Shown here in pieces: positions 1-13,685 of a DNA stretch of 64,000 bases (its first letter is position 1; each line of letters begins with the position of its first letter). Below the pieces are notes generated by a model that worked only from the letters and a program-made list of their open reading frames with translations, was not told where the DNA came from and searched no databases. A program made the translations under genes and the position numbers. The stretch comes from Octopus vulgaris (taxonomy: Eukaryota). The stretch covers positions 102,362,001-102,426,000 of the forward strand of contig OX597816.1 in assembly GCA_951406725.2 (NCBI GenBank), read 5' to 3'.

Positions 1-418
1 CTATTGCATCGACCCCAGTGTTCAACAGGTACTTATTTTATCGACTCCGAAAGGATGGAAGGCAAAATCATCCCCGGTGGAATTTGAACTCAGAACGTTA
101 AGACGGATGAAATGCCGTTACACATTTTACTAATCATTTTGTCCGGCGTGCTAACGATTCTGCCAGCTCGCCGCCTTACAAGAGAGTAATAGTAATAATA
201 ATACTTTCAACTGTAGGCACACGGCCTGAAATTTGAGGGAAGAGATTAAGTCGTTTACATTGATCCCAGTGCGTAACTGGTACTTATTTAATCGATCCCG
301 AAAGGATGACAGGCAAAGTCAACCTCGGTGGAATTTGAACTCGGAACGTAGCGACAGATGAAACAGCGCAAAGCATTTCGTCCGGCGGGCTAGTGATTCT
401 GCCAGCTCACGGCCTTAC
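1..418 (-). mobile_element. Two tandem copies of tRNA-derived SINE family A (about 1-178 and 200-418)
   Basis: The minus strand reads taaggcggcgagctggcagaatcgttagcacgccgg...gttctgagttcaaattcc (A/B-box-like), then gcctt(t/c)catcctttcgg..tcgat; the same unit recurs more than 15 times in the window. Confidence 0.85.
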
Positions 419-437
419 AATCGAGTAATAATAATAA

Positions 438-1302
438 TCTATCTATAATACATAGAAAGTCAGCTTGAATCTTGCTTGCTTGCTTGCTTGCAATGTTAGC
501 CAGCCAAACTGGCGCATAATGGGAAAATACTATGAATTAAGTTGCGCCTGAAATTTTAATAGGAACGGAATAAAACAAGTTTCGTGTGAGATATTAGGGG
601 TTTTCGGGGTATAAATACCCAAAAACGGTGCATGATGGAAAAATATTCAGAAAATAACTTAATCCTGAAAGAGAAGAAACTTACTTTTCGATTAGACAGT
701 AACTTGACAACGAAAAAGTACGATTTGTTTTTTTTTTTGCAGTTCATGTTCCTATTTTCGCTTTTGTTAAACACAATATTTTAATCATTTAGAAATATTT
801 TTAAGTGAATGTGATTTCAAAAATGTTGTTTATACAGAACGTATTTATATTTTAGTCAATATTTAACTGTTTTTTTTTAATATCATTTTCAAGTGAATAC
901 CATTACATAAATTTTGTTTCGCATATTCAGAAAATATTTTAAAGTGGAAATGACTTTAAAGTAAAATAATTTTTTTTTTCTATAGGATTTTTTCGAGTGC
1001 ATTTAACGTATCTCACCACCAAAGATTTGGCTGCTATTTCCAGCATACCCTGCTACCACATAACAGCTATTTCGGATAAAGAACTCGAAATACCTGTTAC
1101 GTGGTAGCAGGGCGTGCAAGAAATAGCAGTCAAATCTTTCATTTTCTGGAGAAAGGATCCATTTACGCGTAATTTCGATGTCACATTCATTGAAAGCATG
1201 CGAAATAACCCGGAAAAGAAAAAAAACAAAAAGAACCCACAAAACTTCGTTGCTGGGAAACTCAGACTTTCCCGGTGACCCAACGGTTCACGGGTAGTCT
1301 AG
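438..1302 (+). mobile_element. Non-autonomous Helitron-like element
   Basis: A|TC 5' start, internal (TGCT)n, subterminal hairpin cccggtgacc-caac-ggttcacggg and CTAG|T 3' end. Confidence 0.7.
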
Positions 1303-2394
1303 TCATTAATAAAAATAATGGCTTCTAACATACACACAAGGTCTCACATTTTGTACTTGATTATATCGACTTAACTAGTATTTTATTTTATTGACACCAA
1401 GCAGACGATGGGCAAGAGGGCATTTGAACTCTGAACGTAAAGATTAGAAGTTAATACTGCCAGACATATCGTCCGACGCTCTAACAATTCTGCTACTTCA
1501 CTACTAAAATTATAATCGTCTTAAAATAAAATGCTAGACTAGAAATTTGCTCGGAGAGAAATTGTTATTTATATCGACTCTAGTACTTGACTAGCGTATA
1601 CAAGTCATCTTTTAAATTGTCGGTGTATATCGTGCAAATAATGATTTATTAATATTGGACAATGTGGTTCCAAATATAAAAATAAATGCGAAATGATCAC
1701 GGCTAGAACGCCTTTGATCATAGATAACTGATCGGTTGCTTAAACATCCAGGAAGAATGTAAATTTATATCCAGCCAAAGTGAAGTAGTTTTGCACGAAA
1801 ATATCACACACCCGGTCAGTCAATTGGTGGCAATACGGGAAGCTTACTGGTTGGTTCGTAAGCTTCCACATCGACCGACGGCGACACAACCAGCTGTGAC
1901 ATTTCTGTTATAGGAGCAGTCAAAAGAAATTATTTCACGTTTGAGCGATTCAGCTACACACTGCTTGCTGTGTTGACTGTGAAATGAAGTAGCGGTAACA
2001 GTTAATTGTTAAACTGCTTGTTGGAGTTTGTTAACAATTAAGGTTAAGACATTCATTGCTGTTCCAGCATTGTTTGAGGTGACAGTTGACATGGGCGACA
2101 CATGAGGGCTACGGTGACAGTTGGCGTTTGTTACATGACAAATGTTTTGTTTGTTAAGAAACATATTGACGGCGGTTCTGCTGCTCATTCAAACGTCACA
2201 CATCTCATTTAAGTCCTTCCTCACAGTAGGTGTTGTGTGTTTATGTATTCAGTGTGTTTGTCTGTCTGCCGCCACCACCTCTCTCTCTCTCTCTTCATAT
2301 ATATGTAACTTAGATAATTTAGATATATTTCGGCCAAAGATTGGCCTAGGCCATGTCAAATTTAATAGCACCATCTAATAAGATTTGTTAAGTC

Positions 2395-2397
<3 letters not shown>

Positions 2398-2481
<84 letters not shown>

Positions 2482-2521
2482 TGTATGTATGTATGTATGT
2501 ATGTATGTATGTATGTATGTA

Positions 2522-2560
<39 letters not shown>

Positions 2561-3199
2561 AGGCGCAATGACCCAGTAGTTAGGCAGCGGACTCGCGGTT
2601 TCGATTCCCAGACCGGGCGTTGTGAGTGTTTATTGAACGAAAACACCTAAAGCTCCACGAGGCTCCGGCAGGGGCTGGTGGCGATCCCTGCTGTACTCTT
2701 TCGCCATAACTTTCTCTCAATCTTTCTTCTGTTGCCCTGCTCGCTTAGCCAGCGGGGTGGCGTCACTTGAAGGCTAAAACAATGCAAAGCGCATTGTGAG
2801 CAGCGATATGTAGCAACATCTGATAGCCTGGTCGGTCACGGTGATCACAGTGATATATATGTACATACATACATACATACTTCCATATACATACATATAT
2901 GCATACATACATACATACATATATACATACTTCCATATACATACATATTTATATACATGCATACATATATACATACTTCTATATACATACATACATGCTT
3001 ACATACAAACATACATACACACATATATACATACATACATATATACATACTTCCATATACATACATACATACATAGATACATACATACATACATACATGC
3101 ATACATACATACATACATACTTCCATATACATACATATATACATATATATTTACACTCATTCATACATGTATGCATACATACAAACATACATACATACA

Positions 3200-3290
<91 letters not shown>
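2398..3290. repeat. Compound microsatellites (TA)n, (TATG)n, (TG)n, (CATA)n flanking a SINE
   Basis: Directly visible. Confidence 0.95.
2559..2853 (+). mobile_element. tRNA-derived SINE family B, copy 1
   Basis: ggaggcgcaatg..cagtagttag, B-box-like ggtttcgattcc; homologous to 7179-7456. Confidence 0.85.
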
Positions 3291-3295
<5 letters not shown>

Positions 3296-4865
3296 TAATC
3301 CAAACGGGAAAACAGAAAAAACAACAACACGTGGAACAATTACAGTATTATTATTATTAGGCGCTCAGGAAAATGGAAGAAGGAGGGTATGACGTTTCGA
3401 GCGGAGCTCTTCGTCGGAAACATAAGAGAAAGAAAGAAAGATCCCGAGACGGGAGGACAGAGGAAAAAAAAAAATTGCAGGTCGTCTTCACGAGGTCACA
3501 TACTGAAAAGACGGAAGTAGTAAAAAAGGAGGAAAATGTTTTTTTAAAAACAGGAGAGCTGAATCAATGAGGGAATGGTAAAAAAGGTGTTGCGAGATGA
3601 CCGTGTGTGTATGTGAGTGTGCGTGTGTGTGTATGTGTGTGTATGGTGGACAATGGCTTGTAGCAAGCAGTAGTAGAATTAAAGGAGTGGTGTGGGGGTA
3701 CCCTAGCAGGTCAGAAAGGCAGATCAGAAGCAGGGAGGTATGTGTGTGTGCGTGTGTATGTATGTGTGAGTGTGTGCGTGTATGTATGTGTGTGTATGGT
3801 AGACAATGGCTAGTAGCGGGCAGTAGTAGAATTAAAGGAGTGGTGTGGGGGTACCCTAGCAAGTCGGAAAGGCAGATCAGAAACAGGGAGGTATGTGTGT
3901 GTGCGTGTGTATGTATGTGTGAGTGTGTGCGTGTGGTATATGTCCAGCGTGCGTAGTTGTGTGTGTGGCAAGTAAATTTGAAGTGTGTGTAAGTGTAATG
4001 TGTATATATATGCAAATGTGTGTGTGTGAGTGGGTGTGTGTATGTGTGTGCGTGTGTGTACAAAAGGGGGGGGGGTTTAAGGGAAAAAGAACTACAGCGA
4101 AGGGGGGGGGAAATGGAAGAGTGGTCCCGCGGCGACAGGCGTGGGAGAACCCAAAGACAACGCGCCGGCCCCAGATACGGACAGGAGATCCGGTCGGTCA
4201 ACCATGAGCGTGGTGCAAGCGTGCGTGTATGCGTGCGCGAACGCGCACAAGCGAGCATGTGCACGCGCCTGCGATTGCGTGTGTGAGTATGTATGTGTGT
4301 GGATGTGTGAGTGTGTCTGTGTGTAAGTCTGAGTGTCAGTGTGTCCGATGAATGTATGTAAGTATGTGTGTGTGTATATGTGTGTGTATAGATGTATGTC
4401 AGTGTGTGTGTGTGTGTGTGTGTGTGTATGAGTGTGTATGTATGTAAGTGTGTGTGTGTGGAAGTGTGTGTATGTGCATGTGTGTGCGCGTACATGCAGG
4501 TGTGTGAGTGAGTGTGTGTGTGTGTATGTGTGTGTGAGTGTGTATGTCTGTGTGTGTAGGATGCATGTATGTGTATGGGTGTATGTATGTGTGTGTGTGT
4601 ATGTATGTATGTGTACGTGCGTGTGTGTGTGTGTGCATGTATGCGTACATGCGTGTAGGTGTGCGCGTGTGCGTGCATGCATGCGTGTGCGTATGTGTGT
4701 GTGTGTGTGTGTGTGCATGTGTGTAGGTATATATGTATGTGCGTATATGTGTGTGTATGTGCGTACATGTGTGTGTGTGTATGCATGTGTGTGTATGTAG
4801 GCGTGTGTGTATAGGTGTATGTATGTAAGTATGTATGGGTGTGTCCGTGTATGTGTGTGTATGCA

Positions 4866-4870
<5 letters not shown>
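3291..4870 (-). mobile_element. 3' end/UTR of a Penelope-like element in inverted orientation
   Basis: Shares ggcgctcaggaaa...acgtttcgagc...gctcttc with the reverse complement of 6930-7066; hammerhead-like motif at 3387-3421; CA-rich (minus strand) UTR-like sequence. Confidence 0.6.
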
Positions 4871-4926
<56 letters not shown>

Positions 4927-4933
4927 ATATATA

Positions 4934-6392
4934 TATGGGAACGCGAGTGGCCATGGGAACGCGAATGGGCCCCAACTATGCGAACCTGTTCGTTGGCTAT
5001 GTTGAGGCCCAAATATTCTCTAATTTCACTGGTCCCACTCCTGAACTATATGGTCGTTATATTGACGACATTATCGGTGCCACCTCACTCTCCCGCGAAC
5101 ATCTAGATTCCTTCCTCTCTTTCGTCCAATCTTTCCATCCAGCCCTCCACTTCACTTCCACTATCTCCAACACCTCTGTCTCCTTCCTCGACATTTCGGT
5201 TAGCATTCTTCACTCCACTCTTACCACCTCCATTCACTACAAACACACAGACTCATAGTCATACCTCAACTTCTCTTCCTCCCACCCAGAACACACCAAG
5301 CTTTCCATCCCCTATTCCCAATTCCTCCGTCTACGTAGGCTCTGTAGTGACGACCATGACTTTGAGACTCAGTCTCAACGTATGGCTCACCACTTCACCC
5401 TACGTGGATACCCCCTCACCACTATCCACACCGCCCTTGCCAGAGCACGGTCCGTGGACCGTGTATCTGCTCTCTCTCCCCGAACCCGCCCTGTAGTCTC
5501 CCGCCTCCCTTTTCCCCTCACTTACCACCCCACGACCCTACGTCTCCAACGCACCATTCTTCGAGCTTTCCGTCATCTCCAGTCCGACCCATCCACTTCA
5601 CACCTCTTCCCTAACCGACCCCTCCCCTCTTTCAAACGAGCCCACAACCTTCGAGACCTTTTGGTCCATAGCTCCTTCCCTGACCCTACCTCCCAACCCG
5701 GCTCGTTCCCCTGCTCCCGCCCACGTTGCCGCACTTGCCCTTACCTCTCCAACACCACCCGCCTCACTAGCACCCACCATCGACCCTATCCCATCATCCA
5801 CTCCTTCACCTGCACCTCCAGCAATATTATCTATTGCATCTCTTGCTCTCTCTGCAATTCCTTGTACATCGGACAAACGGGACGCCGCTTGGCTGACCGG
5901 TTCGCGGAACACCTTCGTGACATCCACCTTGCGAACGACACACCGGTCTCACGCCATTTCCGCTCCACCGGTCACTCCTTGCAACACCTATCTGTGTTCG
6001 GTTTGTCCTTACACAGAGGCCATCCGGATTCCCGTTTGCGCCGTGAACAGGAATTAATCTTCTCTCTTCGCTCTTATACGCCATTTGGTCTCAACTCTCC
6101 CCCCTCCTCATCTAACCCCCCTCTCCCCACTCCTCACCTATCCTTTCTCCCCCGACCCCTACTTCTTCAGTCCTTCATCCTTTCACCCCTACTCCCTTTC
6201 CCTTCTTCCCTCTTTCTCCCTCCCTCTTCCCCTTCCCTCTGCTCCCTCACTCCCTCTCTCCCCTTCTCTCTCCCCCTCTCCCTCTTTCCTCCTTCATCCC
6301 CCTCATCCCCTTCCTTCTCCCCCATCCTCTCCTCTCCCCTTCTCCTACCCCTCTTCTCCCCCTCCCCCTCTTCTCCTCACTACACCACATGA
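4934..6392 (+). pseudogene. 5'-truncated Penelope-like RT + GIY-YIG endonuclease ORF (Neptune-like Cys linker), one in-frame TAG at 5256-5258
   Basis: VAMGTRMGPNYANLF, RYIDD, HYKHTDS*SYLNFSSSHP..IPYSQFLRLRRLCS, CSRPRCRTC linker, IIYCISCSLCNSLYIGQTGRRLADRFAEH, GLN; ORFs 4815-5258 and 5382-6392 are in the same frame. Confidence 0.92.
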
Positions 6393-7490
<1,098 letters not shown>

Positions 7491-7497
<7 letters not shown>

Positions 7498-8110
7498 TGC
7501 CCTAAAAGTCTATACATACATTAAATGGTTTTAAAGGAAGTGTTTATTAAAATACATTTCAATTTCAAAATTTAGCACAATCTACAGACAGAACGCCTGT
7601 TGTCAAACTAATGATCGGTCTGCATCAGGCACAGCGGATAACGCGAAACAATCGAATCGCAAATATCAAGAAACATTTCGTCTTCTATTTGTGCACGTTC
7701 TCATTCAGTAGTTACCTTTTATTTCTAGTGATAGTTTTGTACCGTTAACTTCATCTTTTAAGTATTCCGATACAAAAAAAGTCAAATGGTATGAGTTGCA
7801 GCAAACGCAAATGATATTCTACTGAACCTCTTTGTACAGTTCTCCAGCTGGGCAAATTCTCATTCAGGCAGGCCCTTTCATTACTATGGTAGTGCGGGAG
7901 GTGCCCCATCTTGCTGGAAATAAAACTCCACATCTTCAAATTCCTATTGAATTCTTGACCTAACAAACTGTAGTAACAGGTTCAAGTAAATGAGACTAGT
8001 CACAGAACTGCCAAAATAAAGAATTATCCAGTTAATCCTTTTGGTGACAAGCTGCATCATATCGTAACTCCTGGTAAATTTATATGATATTCCTCCATAA
8101 TAAGCGGATT
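7491..8110 (-). mobile_element. Degenerate Tc1/mariner-superfamily transposase fragment
   Basis: Minus strand QQDGAPP, then HYH..RACLNENLP..RGSVEY..LIPFDFF..GILK (frameshifted DDE region); ta|cag terminus at 7491. Confidence 0.65.
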
Positions 8111-8276
8111 TTTAGGAACAATGCTGATGATTAATTGAGCTATTTAATTGAAATGTAGCTTCATTACCCCAAACAATCTTTGTTGGAAAGTATTATCTAC
8201 TACACATTTTGTCAAACACCACTCACAAAAGTACACTTCTCGCTCCGGATATTCATTGTATGTATATGTATGTATG

Positions 8277-8336
<60 letters not shown>

Positions 8337-8408
8337 TATATATATATATATATATATGTATTATATGTATATATATACATACATACATACACACACATAT
8401 ACTATACT

Positions 8409-8507
<99 letters not shown>

Positions 8508-8616
8508 GTATATATATACATACATACATACACACACATATACATATACATGTATATGTATATATATATATACACACATACACACATATACATATATATG
8601 TATATGTATATATATA

Positions 8617-8647
<31 letters not shown>

Positions 8648-8659
8648 GTGTGTATATAT

Positions 8660-8800
8660 ATTTCCCTATTATTCCTTTCTGTTGAAGAGCGTAGACTCGA
8701 AGCGTAAAAGACTTTTTCGTTTTCCTGAGCGTCAAACTAATATGCTTGCTTGTTGTTCATACACCTGTCTTCATCTTTTGTTTTTCTATAAATTTCAACT
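8660..8800 (+). mobile_element. Solo PLE 3' terminus with decayed hammerhead motif (8675-8710)
   Basis: ctttctgttgaagagcgtagactcgaagcgtaaaag..tttcctgagcg, homologous to 6930-7066. Confidence 0.75.
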
Positions 8801-8999
8801 ATATATATATACATACAGTGTACATTTAAACACATAAGAGGTATTCTTCATAGGATTCCTTGCACGCTAGAAGGAACAGCTAAAGTCCAAACCACTATTA
8901 GGGATAAAAACTAGAAGAGAATGAACAATAAAAATAGATGGTAAATGGTTTTCATCAATTGATGAGAGTAATTGTGGAAGTTGTTGTTGCTATTTTTGT

Positions 9000-9180
9000 T
9001 TAGCACTAGTTAGTCCTGATTGAGTAGGTTTGGAACCCAAAACCATTCCACTCATGGCTATCTCGTCTTTTTGCTATGTTTAGAGCATCCAGGACTACTT
9101 TACCAGCGTATCTTTTATTTTTAAGACGGTGAGGCATGATTTGAAGAGATTTGGTTGATATTTTTAGCTGGTCGATGAAC
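9000..9180 (-). mobile_element. SINE-like family E fragment with (CAA)n tail; related pieces near 16325-16470, 18300-18375, 22840-22990, 37470-37540, 46380-46440, 47500-47705
   Basis: Recurring acctgctagaaatagcagccaaatc and ctttgatcatag..ctggggctaaacaacaac motifs. Confidence 0.55.
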
Positions 9181-10008
9181 CGCTCAGTCACTCTGTCAAT
9201 AGGCGGTGGCGGAACCAGCGGGTGTGTTTTTTGTTTCCTCAAACCACAGATGGTACAAGACTGACGGTGGCTTTACTTGAAAGACATGTTAAGAGTAACG
9301 GGTGAACAATAATACGAAGACACTTTATCTAGCAATCAGGGATACACAGGCGTTTACTGATCTATATAATTGACTTACATTCATACCTGCCTGTGCATCA
9401 GCCTTTTTTTTTTGTTTGCATGTATGCATGCGTAACGGTGAATGAGCCAATATCAGAGTTGTGAATGAATGTATGCATGTTGGTATATGCATGTGTGGGT
9501 GTGTGCGTGTGTTTGTGTGTATTTGTGTATGTGTGTATGTGTGCAGGCGTATTAGTGGATGTGTGTACGTATTTCTGTGCATGTAATTCTACTTATATGT
9601 AGCAATGTTGGCGATTCGTATATCTCATTACTTATGTGTGCGTTTATGTGCTTGATTGTATATTGAAAATACATAAAACACACACACACACATTTACACA
9701 CACACACACACACATTTACACACACACACACAACTATATGTGTTATGTACTCAAAAGAAAAATATATATTTATATACATTTGTGTGTGTGACTGAGTATT
9801 TCTATGAGCCTATTAATATATATATATATATATATGCTTGGCTTAGATTTTCCTTTGGGGCTGGTCAGATCGGAGAAATCTCAATATTAATCAGCCGAAA
9901 TTGCGAGGATGATCCGGTTCTTGACTGAAGATTGAAGGCTTCGTATGTTCCGTCCGTGTCTTTTTGTATCGTCTTCTAAATGTTTTGCGTTTTTGTCCCA
10001 GTTTGTAT

Positions 10009-10077
<69 letters not shown>

Positions 10078-10169
10078 AATACATACTATATATATACATA
10101 CATATATGTTAGCACATCTATATGTGTGTGCGCGTGTGCGTGCGTGCATTTGCATCGCATATTTCATCC

Positions 10170-10677
10170 ACGCATGGCTGTTTGGTAAAAAAAAAGCTTG
10201 CGTCCCAACCACATGGTTCTGGGTTTCAGTCTCTCTGCATGGCACCTTGCGCAAGTGTCTTCTGCTATAACCTCGGGCAGGCCGAAGCCTTGTGAGTGGA
10301 TTTGGTTGACGGAAAATGAAAGAAGCCCGTTGCATATAAATAAATAAATAAATATATATATATATGAGTCAAAACAGCTCAAAACGCCACAAAAGCACTG
10401 TTGTATATATATACACACACACACAAATGTATTTATATATATTTTTGTGTTTGTGTGTTTCAGTCTGTGTTTGTACCCCGCTACATCTTTGACAACCGAT
10501 GTGGGTATGCTTACCTCCCCGTAATCTTACGGTTCGGCAAAATAGACCGATAGAATAAACACTAGGCTTACATAAAATAAGTCCTGGGGTCGATTTATTT
10601 GACTAAAACCCCTTTAAGGTGGTGCTCCAGCACGGCCGCAGTCAGATGACTGAAACAAGTAAAAGAATAAAAGAATA
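10170..10677 (+). mobile_element. tRNA-derived SINE family C with internal microsatellite
   Basis: tggctgtttggtaa..ggttctgggtttcagtc..ggaaaatgaaagaagcccgt-[TA/CA tract]-gacaaccgatg..ggtgctccagcacggccgcagtc..aaaagaata. Confidence 0.85.
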
Positions 10678-11114
10678 CTGCAGAGGAATACAACAAAATG
10701 AATCTTCTTTCATTTTCTTCTTCATATCATACTCGCAATCAGAGGACAACTAAGTACTTTTTTTCAGTAATTTATTTACCTCCTTTCGTGTACGTACATT
10801 TCGGCATCTTGGGCTTCCTTCAGTGCAGGTCTGTATAACATTATTCGTCCAAGAAATTCAAGCAAGAATTACCTTTCAAGAAATATTTCATTTCAAACAA
10901 CATTTCAAATTTATTCGTAGCTATTTGGTTGTCAAAGCTGTCTATAGTTGTTAGAAGAACGAATAACGGTTTCAAGTCGATAAAATTGGAAGCATTAGTT
11001 TTTTTTTTTACCTCTCGTTCTAAAAACAGAATATTTTAAGTTTCGTTTTTATTTGTATTTTTATTCTCTTCCTTACCTTGTTCAGGGTGTAATATACTTT
11101 CTGACTGCTGTAAT

Positions 11115-12310
11115 CCATAACATACATTCTGCATGTTAGTGAAACAACATCACTGAGAGTAGTGAGGACATTTAAGTATTTCGGGCCTACATCCACGAGT
11201 GATGGAATGTAGGATGCTGAATTAGGTGCTAGAATTGTAGGTGCTGGCACAGTAATGCATCTGTTCGAACATTCCATCCTCAAAAGAGGAGAGTTTGTTA
11301 AAAAAATATCCAAACTCGCTATCTTCCATTCGGTTTTTGTGATATCCTAATCTATTGTTACAAATATTGGGCAATGACCAAAAAAGTATGATCGCGAATA
11401 AAGCGGCCGAAATAGAGTTCCTCCGAAAAAGTTCTGGAATATTACTCGACAGGGTAGCTCAGGGTGTCTATCCAAGGTGAGCCGCTACTTCTCCGCATTG
11501 GGAAGTCACAGCTCCGGTACTATGGACATGTGATCAGAATGTCGCAGGAAAGAATGGCAAAACAGTTTCTTAACCCATCATGGGCCAGCGGGGTCCCTTA
11601 GGACCCCAGCAAATTTTAAAAGTTATGTAGCTTTTACATTTTTTTATTTAAATGATTTTATATATCATGACATTTATTGTCAATAGCTTATGTATGTCCA
11701 TACAAATTTTGAGTTAAAAAATTTCCAGTCATATGGATGTTATAGCATAAAATATGGTCATTGGGGTCCACCTGGACCACATTGGGCTTCTGCGAAGTTA
11801 TTTTTTTTCTGTTCATTTTTCAGATATTCTGATGAACTGCAAGTCAAGTTTCTTCGTATTTGTGCTGGTGTGAATCGATATACTAAATAATTTTGTTTTA
11901 TTTTATATTTAGTGCTATATGTATAGTTTATAAGACTACAAAGACAGTTGATTTATTCAACAAATGTTTTTTTTCAGCCAATAAATTATATTTTAATTCC
12001 CTCCTCCATTAAACGCTAATAATGGCAAATATATACCTATAAGGTGCTAAATTTCTTGTTTTGTATCATGCACTCACACATATATACAAGATTAAACAAA
12101 TATTACTTTGGGAAATGCGCAAAAATAAAAGGGGGTCCCTCGAAACCGCAAAGGCCTTTTGTGTAAACCCAGCCCCGCCGGCCCACGAAGGGTTAAATCC
12201 GAGCTAAATCAGCAAGATACCTAGGAGCAGACCAGGAACAAATGGTTGAATAATATCCATAGTTTCAGTTGGTTACGCTTGGAAATTCAGCCGGAAAGTC
12301 TAATGACTGT
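11115..12310 (+). mobile_element. RTE-like LINE RT C-terminal fragment, split by a piggyBac MITE
   Basis: VVRTFKYFG..SDG..ELGARI..KLAIFHSVF..SRIKAAEIEFLRK..EPLLLRIGKSQLRYYGHVIRMSQER, resuming after 12196 (..RNKWLNNI). Confidence 0.8.
11574..12192. mobile_element. piggyBac-type MITE
   Basis: TTAA duplication (11570-11573, 12193-12196); TIRs CCCATCATGGGCCAGCGGGG / CCCTTCGTGGGCCGGCGGGG. Confidence 0.9.
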
Positions 12311-12611
12311 TGTGGGCAGAGAAAATGCACGTGGGGATGTATGGTAATTCATAATTTACCTACGTAGCGATGGTACTATTTTATCACTACTTGTTTGCTA
12401 AAAAAATATATCTATTCATACTAGTTGTTGATCTCCTCCGACATCTTTCAATGCTTAGTTTTACCAGCTATACATCTTAACGGAAACGGAAATAGCTTAC
12501 TTTTTCAAAACACCATTCTGTAAAGATTTAGAAGATTAAAGGAAATGTCTGACGCCTGTCTCAAGGACAAGAAGTTATGGGTAACCACGATAGAGAATCT
12601 CAAGTACGTAT

Positions 12612-12679
<68 letters not shown>

Positions 12680-13465
12680 CGTGTTTGCGTGTTTGTGTGT
12701 TTGTGTGCGTGTGTGTATACATATGTCTGTGTACACACACATACGCACATACACATGCACATAAATATACATATACATTCACTTATATATGTTTGAGAGC
12801 GCGCGCACATCGCTGTGACTGTTTTGAATAAAGCTGCCAAGAAATGATGATAGACCACTCCCTAAACGTTCACTTGATTTAAATTGACGAGAGTCACACT
12901 GAAGCTAGATTTGTTACCCACATTCTCTGTGAGGCATCACAAGAGATGGTGGGCGGTGGCCGTGGATAGATCTTCCTGAGATTGCGCAAGTTTGAGCTTT
13001 TCTGGCAACTCCACCAACAGCAAGGCAGTCCATTTGCCAAAATATTAAATACTGCTTTCAGAAGCCTTTATGTGTTAAACGTTTTCAGTTACGTTCATAT
13101 ATAATATAATGCAACCTAGTCATTCGATTAACAGTGATTAATAAAATAAGTATCGAGCTGAAATAAGTATTAAAGTAGATATGATCGATGAAAATCTTTA
13201 TGGCATTGCTCCAGCATGGCCATGGTCGAATGAGTGAAATCTGTAAAACAACAGAATTCATACATATAATATAAGGATTTAGTTCGCTGGTGATCTAATG
13301 GAATAGGTACGCTAGGTAAGTGGTGTAACGAATTATCAGGGTTCATGTTTAGATTGTTCATGTTCTCTACTCGTCTCTGATGATGGAATAATCCATATTC
13401 AGGTATACTCGCCTATCACTTGAGATATTCTAGAAACAGCTGTAAGACCTCAACTAATTACTATG

Positions 13466-13685
13466 TAAGGTGGCGAACTAGCAGGATCGTTAGAATGCCG
13501 GACAAAATGCTTAATGACATTTCGTCCGTCTTTACGTTCTGAGTTCAAAATCCGTTGAGGTTGACTTTTCCATCCATCCTTTAGCAGTCGATAAAATAAG
13601 TACAAGTTGAACCCTAGGGTCGATATAATCGACTTAGCTCCTCCCTCAAAATTGCTGGTCTCGAGCCAGAATTTGATATCGATAT
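13466..13685 (+). mobile_element. SINE family A
   Basis: Homology to the family A consensus. Confidence 0.85.

Noticed and set aside
2362-4975. Long ORFs such as 3488-4975 (495 aa) rich in H/T/Y/I or C/V/M
   Set aside because: Translations of (CA)n, (TA)n and (CATA)n, which lack stop codons; the same applies to most ORFs in the track
11020-11313. 97-aa minus-strand ORF as a host gene
   Set aside because: Mostly the antisense reading of the RTE RT fragment
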